Shown: piece by piece, positions 23,775-35,389 of the stretch
Numbering within the stretch: position 1 is the stretch's first letter
Layout: each line of letters starts with the position of its first letter
Assembly: GCA_025786725.1 (NCBI GenBank)
Contig: JAHLTZ010000007.1
Span: 124,001-188,000, forward strand
DNA length: 64,000 nucleotides
DNA from: Syncephalis fuscata S228
Taxonomy: Eukaryota > Fungi > Zoopagomycota
Reading direction: 5' to 3'
Notes under the pieces: model-generated
Database searches by the model: none
Seen by the model: the letters and a program-made list of their open reading frames with translations, nothing else
Told to the model about the DNA's origin: nothing
Position numbers and translations under genes: made by a program

Positions 23775-26643
23775 AGTATCAGCCGTTTGGGTCAAGCTTC
23801 TGCGTCAGCCCTCGGACGGTGGCGCTCTCAAAAACTGGGCAGTCCCAGTAAGATCCGTGACCTTAGACAAGACGTTGATATCGATGACCTCCGCAAAACA
23901 CTTATCACCGATATTGCTTTCCAAGGCAAGCTCGATGGCGTAGCCTCGTCCGACCTAAAAGTCTACAACAACGACGAAGATGCTACCAACCAGAGAGAGC
24001 CTATTGAAGAAGATACTCCACTCTCAGAGCTTATTGAGGCCGGGAAGGGCGGTAGGAAGAAGACTGCCCTGATCGTTGTAGCACCACCCAAGCCTGGTAA
24101 GTAGTTTTGCTTTAAAGACCAGCAGTCAATACGACTCCTTCCTCTGCCGTTTGCTTTTGCTTTACGTCTATGTAATACTAATATCTAATTATTCTTTCCA
24201 TTACTCCGATATATCCATGTGCCTATCTCCTCTTGTGCCTCTACTTCGCTTCCTGGCCATCTTTCAGATCAATCGCGTCCTGGTAAGTGCAATTAGACCT
24301 TTTCTAAATACTCATTGTGTAACCTTGTGTTAATTACTTAATGTTTTTTATCGCCCTTTTTAATCATGTAGCAACAACCATCCAACTCATCCAGCAAACG
24401 TCTGTTCCGACTGATCGCATCGAAAAGGAATTGGAAATATTTTTCAAGGCGTCAACCATCAGCTCACCCGTCCTATCGATCCAAAAGATGTTGAAGCCTC
24501 GCAAAGAAGTATACTAGGACCCTTTTACAAGAGAAATCTACCATACTACACAACAGCAACGGATATAAGTCTAGTGATGTTGGGACTTGAATTGGGCAAG
24601 CATGCGAGAGACAGTAATGGCGAGACTCTTTATAAATTGTCAAGAAAGACATCGGCGGTTATAATGATCATCGCGTAGTGGCCATGGTTGCCCCATCCGG
24701 TTCAGGAAAGACTGCAACAGTCATTGACCTTGCGAGCAAGCACTTTGTCATTTATTGTGTCTGTTGTATACCGAATTTGATTTCTCCGGGTTTTAATGAT
24801 CCAAACTTTATCACGCTTGCAAAGGATGTCGAGAGTATGTACCGGACCATCGTTAACAGAAATCAGGGGAGTTTGCGCGATCCGCTGGACATTGATTCCG
24901 AAGTGAAAGCACTAGCGGAAGAACGCGTCAATCTCGAATTCCTTGCACGAATGCTCTTCCTTCAGTATCTCCTAAAAAACAATCCTGATTTGGAGCCGCA
25001 GCAGTTCTTCCGTGAGCAGATCACTGGAGGCGCCTTGACTATTGGCAGGCTAGTCCGCAAGCTACAGGATTACGACAACGGCACAATCCAAGACATGCTC
25101 AATGAAGTCCAAGCTAAGCTTCAGCTCCTTTTATCTTCCAAAGGACTTGGACTGGTGATTGCTCTGGATGAAGCTCAAATTGCGGCGACTAAGATCTTAT
25201 CGGTAAGCTCATCTCACCGGCCGCTTTGGATAGTAACAAAAATACACTCTTCGACGACAAGAACCAGATACAATTCCGATACCGCCGCGGCTTTCTCACA
25301 CCTTTATCAAATGCTCTGAGCACTATGCAGGCGACGCTGGTGATACTGGGCACATCACTCTCATTGCAGGATGCCGAACATGTGTATACAGCTATCGCCA
25401 AAAAAACCAATTTTTCGAGGATAACAAACTTTCCGAGCTTCAATGAAGACGATGTGAGCAGGCTATTTTTGGATCTAATCGACATGTCAGGCTGTGAAAT
25501 CCCGCTTGCTAAACGCCGCATGCTAACAGGACGATCTCGATTTTCCGTTGACGTCATCAACCATCTCGCCGCGTCTTGCGCTTTTAAAGGCTCTAAACAA
25601 GCTATTCTGGATCACGCTATTGACAAGTCGATTAAGCATACGATAAATGGTCTTCGGGCCAAGATACGCGCCATTCTTGCCAACGATCAAGCAGGTGGGA
25701 TAGCTCGGCTTCTCTCTCGAATGGTATTGGCCTATCATCTTCACGTGGCAAAATATCTTTCTCGGGCAAGGACCAGTCCGACTTTGTGGACAAAGCTCTG
25801 TGCAAACTACGACCACACTCTGATGGCATTCACTTGATCATGGACGAGCCAATAGTTGTTGAGGCAGTGCAGGAAGAGCTAAAGGCTTTGGGCAAGGATC
25901 CGGTGTTCTCGGAGTACATGGATCAATTTAACCGAATTATCGCCAACTTTGGCATCGCTTCAACTTCAAAGGGAGATGCGTTGGAGCCACTTGTCCGCCG
26001 ATCACTTCAACGCTTCAATGGCTACCGTCTTGTTGACCTTCCTTTCCTTCAAGGCGTCACATTGCCCACCTGGTGCAGCAATTTCCAGCTCCAAATTGAT
26101 GAGATTAAAACAGCCAATGGATTTGGATACACTGGCAATGGCGTTCGTGCAGATCTCGCCTTCCTCACCGAATGTCCTCCGAACAAGATGCTTATTGCCA
26201 ATAATGGCACACGTCCGGATGGAGTCTGGTTTTTCTCTGACAAACGTTACGCCGGCTCTCTTGCGATCAAGCTCTACAGCAACCGTCTGAAGCAGTCTAC
26301 CCACTACTCAAACAAAACTTCCAGCAATATTCGGAATTGTTTTTTGAAACAGGACGGTATCAACGTGAACCCATCCTTGACAGGCGTTCGACGTGACTTT
26401 AAGGCTTCAGGTACTCCGTCCAACCTTAGAGGCATCCTTCGTATTCATCTCGAGTTCCCTGGCGTCGAGGGCGGTAATCCAGTTACCCATATCAAAAAGA
26501 ACCCTGCGACTGGTATCGAGGATGTAATGGTGTATATAAACCTTTTGAACCTGGACGATTTTTTTTTCGAGGGTATTGCAGAAAACAAGGACGATATGGC
26601 TAAATTAAAAAAGCTAATCAAATTTGTCTCCAGCTCAAAGTAA
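23775..26643 (+). CDS. Crinkler (CRN)-like protein: ubiquitin-like header + P-loop NTPase + PD-(D/E)xK REase domain; several frameshifts (errors or pseudogene); start approximate
   Basis: Header VWVKLL...DIDDLRK...LDGVASSDLKVY...IEEDTPL...ALIVVAP; introns 24097-24267 and 24283-24371; Walker A APSGSGKT; Walker B LVIALDEAQ; GDALEPLV...RPDGVWF...SLAIKLY nuclease motif across ORFs 24678, 25226 and 25786. Confidence 0.8.
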
Positions 26644-27799
26644 AGATCATTTAAAAATAACGCTACAATTTCTAATTCGAATTCCCTACTTTTTTGTCCA
26701 TATGCCTTACGTTCTGATGTTTCTTCATCGTTATATACGACTTTTCAAGCGCTGCCAGCTGTCCTACTGCAATGCGTGTTAGACGCGTCAAAACTGAGCT
26801 TTTTACGCCGCCAACTGACCATCATATACACCTTACTTGTAATAAATACAACGCAAAAATGCAGTACACAAATATATTATGTAAAACTAGTACTAATAGT
26901 ATTGAAACAGTAGTTGATGTTGAAATAAACGTTTTTATTGAAGAGTAAATACAAATTATTAACGAAACAGCTATACGAAAAGAAAGCGTGTCATTAAAGA
27001 GTATTCAAACTGCAATGAACGTCATTATAGATAATAACATAATATGATAAAATGTATAATTATGACAGTATTTACTATCGATATATTCATACAGGATACT
27101 GATTGTAATATTATATGATAAAACTAAATAATGCAAAATGAATATACAGCGTTAAGTAAAAGTATAAATGAATACATTTATTTAATAATAGACATTATAT
27201 AACTATATAACTAGTTATGTTAATTGACCGACTATACTGCTAATTATATCACTAAATATTTAGTACACATTGTAAAAAGTCCATACAAAATTATATACAT
27301 ATATGAGCAAATACATAACTAACGAGCAATATAAGTATGGATATAAACAATTATTTAATGTAGTATAAAATGGGAAATTAAAAAAATCGACAGTCGCTAA
27401 ATTTAATTTTATTAATTTTATTTAATAAATAAAATCTATCGTAATGTCTACTAAACTATTTAAAAAAGCTATATTTAACAGTATTAAAAAACTGAAGCCG
27501 TTGACAAGTTTAAGCTTGTTAACAGTTGCAATTTAATAGAAAAATAGGATTCAACAAATTACAGCTTATTTGTCCTCATGAAACCGTTCAGCAACAAATG
27601 CCAGGCAAGCAGAAAAATGGCTTATTAAAAGTTTAATGCAATATTAAACATTTTATGATTGTTTATATATTCTGTAATGATATATTAAATCTATTATTAA
27701 ATATATTACAAGTGGTGTCGCTATTCTCAAATATAAATCAAAGATGTACGAATAAAGTATCATTTACACATTTGATTATTTATATACATAAAATTGCAA

Positions 27800-28760
27800 T
27801 AGCTAATAGATGCTATATTTCTTACTAAAAGCTTGTTCGCTCTTATTTAATGGAAAAAATAACATTAACAGCAATATTAATTCTTTTTCATTTATTAAAT
27901 ATTACTTTATCAAATTTGAACATTTTAATCCGGATTCTGTTCAGCACTTCTTGCAAAACCAGTCTGGTAATTTTGAAAAGCATTTTTATGTCATTTATCA
28001 TCTATTAAAGCTTGCCAGTATACCCGTAAAGTACTGGTAATTGATGGTTGCCATTTAAGGTTTTCTTATGGCGGTATTGCTGTTGCTGCAGTTGTTAAAG
28101 ATGGAAATAACAATATTTTACCTTTGGTTGTTGCTATAGTATTTCATAAAAATGAAAACAACTGGGTCTATTTCCTTAAACGTTTAGCAGATTCAGTACC
28201 TGAATTAAGTATTCACAAGCTCAAGGATTGTTAACTAATAATAGCTATTTTTTGTATAAATCAACATTAACTGACATCAATAACTATATAGTTGATGATT
28301 ATTCTGATACCAAATTTCAAATTAAAACTACTAATTTTGAAGAATTGTGGGTTTTTATTAAATGAGTTTATTAATAAATCTTACACCATTGATTATTTAA
28401 ACAAATTATATGCTTTAGAAATTTGCCTGGTTGAAATAGAGCCAATTACTGCAGATATTTTGTGTTTGCCACCGATAATAATGAAGAAAGCCGGTAGATC
28501 AAGAGTTAAAAGAATTAGATGTTATAGTAAAGCTTTGCAAACCACCAACGATATACTTGTTGCAATTGTAGATTAAAAGGACACAATACAAGAACATGCA
28601 CTGCAAACACTAGCACTAACAATGTTGAAACAAGCATCTTTATTGAGGAACAAATACAAACTACTAGTGAAACAACTATCAAGAAAAGTGTTATTAAAGA
28701 ATGTTTAATTTGTGGTAAACGTCATTAAAAGAAAACCAAGTGTGGAGCAAACAAAAAATA
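27800..28760 (+). mobile_element. Degraded Mutator-like (MULE) transposase remnant
   Basis: From ~28022: RKVLVIDGCHLRFSYGG...KDGNNNILPLVVAIV..KNENNWVYFL (MULE DDE N-part). Then LPP..KKAGRSRVKR and a zinc knuckle CCNCRLKGHNTRTC at ~28557-28600. Contains stops and frameshifts. Confidence 0.85.
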
Positions 28761-29912
28761 GTTTTATTAATAAATAAATTTAATAAATTTAATAAATAAT
28801 GTATGGCAAAGACTGCATATGAATAATTTGTAAGCATTTTGGGTTTGTCTAAAGAATTGTTTCAAAAGTGTATATGGCGACTCGAGGGCAAGAGGAATAA
28901 GGCGTCAGTCATTAATGGCCTTTAGAGTCCATAAGAATATGGTGTGGAGGAACGGAGACCGTCCCGGAGATTGTAAGTAATACTGTTACCGAATTGTTTG
29001 GCAAATACAAATAAAAGTGTATTTCAAGAACACAGATTCAGTTGGTAGAACACTTATGTTAAAGTTAGTGAATTTATTGAGAGATTATGGTTCTTTATTA
29101 AATAAAGTAGTGTTTAGTATTTATATGAGTACTTGTTAGTTACCCTTTCATCCTTTATCATCGTCGTCCAAGCATATGCAGTCTCCTTTTCATCCATCAG
29201 ATTTACCTTAAATAGTTTTTATGCTTTGATACTTCTCTTCTATTTCTACTACCTTTCTCTTTTGGTCCTTGATGATATTGGTAATCTTTTTCAAATGAGC
29301 TTCATAAGTCTGCGAAGTTTACCGGACATACTGCTATATTTTAAATATTTTTCTAACTTTTTTCTATAGACTTCGTTTTGTTTTATTATAATACTTGGCA
29401 ACATGATATATAATCGTGAGTAATAGAGAGTGAGTGAGTGAGCAAACTGCCAACCAACGCTCTGTCCATAATATAGTTTCAGCATAAAACTAATGCTGCA
29501 GTACCAAGAATGTGCGAAACTGACACCCTTGTCCAAAGTTGACACTGTATGGCGGATATTGACTCATTAGAACAGGAAAAGAGCAAGAATGAAATATTCG
29601 GAACTTGATTCTTGAGCAATGGCAAATGTTCACTTTGGTTTTGTTGCAGTACGCATTATAGCATGTCGTGTATAACTTGATCAATAAAAGCTATTTTTTG
29701 TTAGACCAACTAATAGTATCAGTAGCTGAAAGCAGCGTTTTACTATTGAAAATGTCGCAAGACATCACATTACAAATAATGCTTATTGTAAGACAGGTCA
29801 TAAATGATTTTATAATATATCGCTTAAATATTGTCAATGGTATGTCATGTACAAGAATATGTTTAAATATATTGTATGTATAACTTTAGTAAATCATTCA
29901 TCTTTATAATTG

Positions 29913-30874
29913 TTATACTTTAACCGTCACCGCCGGGTACACTCAACAAAAGAAAGAATTGAAGAGAGAATTCAGTCAATATCAGATGACTTTGTTGTGT
30001 AAGAGTTCACTCATAAGTCTTTGGGTAGTTTAAAAAGGAAATTTGTGTAAACATATACTATAAGCTAGTGTTTATTATTAGCTCCATGTTATTAAATTGA
30101 ATGAAAATAAAAGCTTTTGACCATTGGATCATTTATACAGCTTATTATTCACAACATCAAAATAACTACATTTGTAAAATAATCGGTGCATTTTATAATT
30201 CAATAGGTGCAGGCAGTTACACAGGATAGTGCATTTTTATCTAGCAATAGCTTATTGTATTAAATCTATTGCATTATATTTAAATATCCTGTTTAGATTG
30301 TATTTAAATATTAGTTATTGAAGTTTTTTAGGGAAAAAGAAAACAAAGACACAGCAATGTGATTGCCGTTGTTTTCAAAAGACAAAACAACCTTTATCGT
30401 GGTATTGTTAAACCTGTCATTACACAATACAAATCGACACGCTTGTTGATATCACATACGTGACGATTAGTGCATGCGCATTATTTGTTTGTGCCAAACA
30501 AGTTATAACAACAGGCCTTTTTGAATTCTATTTTAGTATTACTCTATTTTTATATGTATGTTCCAAAAAACCATCTGGACTTGTTCCATTGATTCACGTT
30601 GTTTTTTAACAATACAATCAATACAATAAACATTCTGTTGATACTACAACATAATCATAGGTTTAAATAGAGCACAGAATATGCATAAATAGTCAGCGAT
30701 ATTACCATCACACTCTAATCTTCAGCAAATAAGCATTTCACCTACTCTATATCAATTCTATTTCACTATTCATTTTACTTTTCTGTTTTAACAAACAATA
30801 TCATCATGCGACTTTCTATTGCCATCTTCTGCGTTCTTTTCGTGGCTTTTGTGGCTAATAAAGCATAGTAGATG
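29913..30874. repeat. Partner of the direct duplication 18340-19298
   Basis: Near-identical sequence ending within the signal-peptide coding region. Confidence 0.95.
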
Positions 30875-32074
30875 CCATGTCAATAAAAACAGATAATGGT
30901 ATGTTGCAGTTATAATAAATATGTCATAGTGTTATATATGCCTAATGATGTTGTAAGGTGGTAAATCGTAGTTATGAGCTGTTGTTCCAATATTTACTGT
31001 ATATTTTCATACAAATAACAAGCGCAATAATCACATGTAACCAGTCAGTAAGTTTTGATTTACATAGCAAATCGTGACCTAATTAAGCACTGCTTGTTGA
31101 AGTAGATTTACCAAAATCATTATATAAATGTAGGCTTATTATAAAATAGTAAAACAAGCATTACATTTATAATACTAGTATACTGAATTAGCACTAATAG
31201 AAGGCAAGTATTATTGTATTTTAAATAGCATTTTAATTAAATATTGCTTCTATTTATCAAACTAAAGTAATAACTAGTAAGTAATATTATATAATGACTG
31301 GTTATGTGCTGATTATATGTCGTTTATGGTGTATGTCGCCAATTTAATGTTAATAGTTGGTGAGCAACATTGCATAGTAACTAACTATTTACTAATTATA
31401 TACCTACTTTGCGTATCAACAAATTGATATTAATAGCTTGTAAGTGGTATTATATATTAAGTGACTGTATTAATTAAACATTGTATATTATGTGTGTTAT
31501 CCACTTAATACTAATAGCTTGTAAGTGGCATTGCATATCAGTTGCATATGCACTAATTAAATGCTATAAGCTGCGTGTATTAACAACGTAATACAATAGA
31601 TTGTAAGTGATATTGTATATTAATCGTCTACGCACTAATTACGTGATTTACATGTTGCCTATTAATAATGTAATGTAAATAGTTAGTAAGTGATTCTGTA
31701 TGATGTCTGGCTATAGACCAATTACAAGACATTTACCGTGTTCCTCGCCAATCTGATGTTAACAGATTGTAAGTGGTATTATATAATAATCAGCCATATA
31801 CTAATTACATGTTGTTTGCTGGGTGTATTAGCAATTTAATATTAACAGTTTGTAAGTAGCATTTTATTTCCATTAGATATACATAAATCGCCTGCTATTT
31901 AATATCGATAGCTCGTAAATTGTATAGTATATTAATTGAATGTACATTAATTACATACTATGCATTATTTATATCAACAAATCAATACTAATAGGTTGTA
32001 AGTGCAACTATATCCTGGTGTATAATATAATGATTATATAGAATGCTCTGTATGCATCTATAAGTATAGTATAA
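30806..32074 (+). CDS. Micro-exon gene B: secreted peptide precursor MRLSIAIFCVLFVAFVAN(T)SIVDAMSIKTDNGVKVASYFNFSRL*; needs one base restored at ~30861
   Basis: Exon 1 is 30806-30898 (phase 1 once the base present in gene A is restored). Twelve 3-nt exons follow: 30958 GTG, 31045 TCA, 31201 AAG (GC donor), 31357 TTG, 31437 CTT, 31518 CTT, 31600 ATT, 31683 TTA, 31766 ATT, 31849 TTT, 31912 CTC, 31995 GTT. The terminal exon starts at 32070 (TATAA). Two further units (~31127, ~31274) lack the in-register AG. Confidence 0.78.
30899..32069 (+). repeat. Tandem array of ~80-nt related introns separating 3-nt exons
   Basis: Period mostly 80-83 nt; recurring aatag|NNN|gtaagtggtatt and a CTAAT branch-point motif. 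Confidence 0.85.
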
Positions 32075-33370
32075 GCAATGCTTTCAAGACATTAACGTTG
32101 TTGGAGTAATTGGGCCTCGAGTCTAACATATCCAGGCGTGCGTTCGACAAAAAGTAAGACCCTTTAGCAACCGTCGTCTGGTCTATTTATATACCAAGTT
32201 CTACCTAATACTATTTTTATCTGGCTTTTAATTGATGGCGTTATTGCATTAATAGCAAGTCTGTACTTGGATGGATCTATTCAGTTATGCAACCATGCAA
32301 TAATAAATACACAATTTTATTTTGGTTATAGATAATTAAGCTATTATAGCTATGTTCATGTATTACTTTTATCTAACGATTAGCAAACATTAGTTAAACA
32401 TACTAAAAGCATGTCTGTACAAATTGTAAAATCGTTACATGTTTTTTTGTACACCAAATATAACAAATATTTTAATAACGTATAAAATGATAAAAATTTA
32501 ATTACCTACAATATGTTATTTTTAAAAGTGTATCACTTTTACAAAGTGTTTATTTCTATTTTATCTGAGGTTTGCTTTTGTCCTTAATAGGTCTTTTAGT
32601 AGTTATTACGCTATGTAATACTGGTTTAAATTAATATATACATTATTAAATAGTAATTATTTTGTAGACTGCTTTCATTTTATCGAACTGTCACTACTAA
32701 TATGCAAACTGTAGGTAATCCAGCTAATCTTTTCTCTTTGGTCAATAGGTCAAATACTGTGGTGATCTTTCGTGGCTGGATGGTGCATTCTAATATAAAT
32801 ACACTATTATGCATGCTGTATAATTCATTAAAGTAGTTATTCCGACCTTTTTTATACAATAGAGACGGTTAATGTGCACATTCGTGTAAACTGTTTATTT
32901 ATTCATAAGTTTTGTAATACATTGTTTATCTCGTTTTATATTATTCTGTCCTATACTGGCTATTCTTTGCTTAAAATTATTATCAATTCGATGTTATCTG
33001 CCTTTGTTGTAAATCTCGGTTCAGCTCATCCATTGAGCCATACGCACCGTAACTGCGCGACGATCATATCAAACATGCCCCCGTTAATCCACAAATCCAT
33101 GACAACACACTGTCGCAGTTTCAAATGGTCTAACAGCCTGCCAAGATTATTGCTTCCGACACTTCAGATGCTGGTAATTTAGTATATTTCCGTCGAGTGC
33201 TATTACAGAGTAGCACCCTTTTCATTCCAAACACTTTGTCTTTCACTTGTGAATCCCCAACTTCTTGCCGATTAATAATCGGCTGTTTTCTTTTAACTGG
33301 CTAACCACGTAGTACTATCGGTTTATTATCTTAGTTCAGCGTCCCTTAATAACTGCCCTTTTTGATAACT

Positions 33371-34597
33371 ATGTCGCAAGATGCAGTACCAGCTGGCGCG
33401 ATGAGTGCTACTGTAATTGAAAAATTGCGCTCTGCACGCCAATACGATCTTAAAGCGGCCGGCCACGCTGATTTATTAGCGCTTGACAATGGTCTATTAG
33501 TCAAACCGTGTACACCGCGCGAACGTCTCTTCTACGAAGAGGTCACCACAGCAGGCAGTACGAGTGAAGCAGGCATTCTTGGCGAATTTCGCACATTTAT
33601 GCCACGTTATTTCGGCAGTCTTCGTCTCGCAACAGAAGAGGAGCGCGATGCCTGGCGTGCCACCGGTACTGCATTGCCTGAACAAGATGCCGAGGCAGAT
33701 CGACGTGGCATTAAAGATATCCTTTAAATTCGTCGAGTTGCTGTTTTACTAGTTTTGTCTATAGCATTAACTCCAATATGATTGGTTTACAGGGCATATG
33801 TATAGAAAACGTTACCTACGGTTATTGCCGACCTTGTGTCATGGATTTGAAAATTGGTAAGGAGCTATGCTCGGACGACGCATCACCAGAAAAGCGGGCG
33901 CGAATGGAAGCAAAGGCGTTAAATTCGACTACATCAACACTTGGTATTCGTATTTGTGGTATTATGGTAGGTGATGTAAATAGACATAAATCAATATTAG
34001 ATTTATAAATGTTATCTTTTATTGCATTATATTTGTTTAATATTAAAGGTGTACGATGCAGCAAGTGGCAAATACACAAGCTACAATAAAGATTATGGCT
34101 ACACACTAACTGACGACACACTCATTGACGGATTCAAAAGCTATTTTTCAGCTTTGCCCGAGAAAAATGCTCGTCGGGCCATTATTATGGAAGAATTTCA
34201 CGAACAGCTTGAACATTTCCGAGATGTTCTTCGTACAGCCGATGTACGACTACGATCAGCTTCATTATTATTTGTTTATGAAGCCGATCCAGAAGGAGCA
34301 ACTGAATTACGACGTAAAGAACGAGAAAGACGCGCAAGACATGCGGCCGCCATACGCGATGGTACAGCCAGCGAAGATGACGATGACGATGATTATGATG
34401 ACGATGAAGATGACGATGACGATGACGACGACGACGACGACGATATTGAAAATTCAGATGTTGATCTTCGTATTGTTGATTTTGCACATTCATTCTGGCA
34501 AGCAGGTATTGGACCTGATCAAGGCTGTCTTCAAGGAGTACAGAATGCTATTACACTGTTGGATAAAATGCGTAGCTCAAAGTCGATTACAAATTAA
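33371..34597 (+). CDS. Inositol polyphosphate multikinase (Arg82/Ipk2-like) with a poly-Asp insert
   Basis: AAGH, LVKP..RE..FYE, FMPRYFG, ICIENV, PCVMDLKIG (PxxxDxKxG), STTSTLGIRICG, SASLLFVYE, IVDFAHS. Two introns; the first donor is uncertain and may be GC-AG. Confidence 0.92.
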
Positions 34598-35131
34598 TTT
34601 AATAATGAACAAGTTATAAACATGCTATTATGTAAATATATTTGTAGCTGACGTGTACTACCGTGATAGTGTATTATATTTATTTTAACTTTATTATTAC
34701 CATTATTACCATGATTAATATTTACTATTTACTATTATCGCTATTATATAGATTGTAATACATGTAGAAAAATAAAACACTCATATATTCTTAAATGAAG
34801 AAAAGGTGAACATGGTACATGTAAAAAAGATAGATTACTATCAATTCAATGTTGTAAACATGGACACGTATACACATCTACTCGCACATCTATTTATACA
34901 ACAACTAGATAGAAAGATAGGTAGATAGATAGATGTGGATATCTATGTATATATAGAAATGGATAAAAATAGGTGAAACAAATAGTAATGAATATCATGG
35001 CAGACAATGTGACGTTAACAGCAATAGTAATAAAAAAAACACTATTAACGCTTCTTGATTAGACATAGCAAATGGGAGCTGCACATCTAGCTCATATTTA
35101 GGTGCTTAAGCAAATGTAATATTTGCACAGT

Positions 35132-35355
35132 TTAAGTATTTGCCGAGGTGCGTTGCAGCTGTGGATTCCACGTCACTTTGAATACATGCTGGAAGTCGTG
35201 TCGGCCTGTAGTTACGCAGTGAATCGACTCTGAATGAGTGTTGAGACTGCGTAGTGTGCCAGTCGGTATAACTTGTTCTAATTCACCAGTAACTACATGG
35301 CGAACTTCAATGAATTTGGCATCAAAAGCAAGTATATAGGGATAATTGATTGCTA

Positions 35356-35389
<34 letters not shown>

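Noticed and set aside
23820-25790. Programmed ribosomal frameshifting in the Crinkler gene
   Set aside because: The shifts look like scattered single-base deletions of the kind also seen in PAT1 and the duplicated genes; sequencing error or decay is more parsimonious.
28860-29700. Coding-like fragments on the minus strand next to the MULE remnant
   Set aside because: Interrupted in all frames and with no motif I can recognise.
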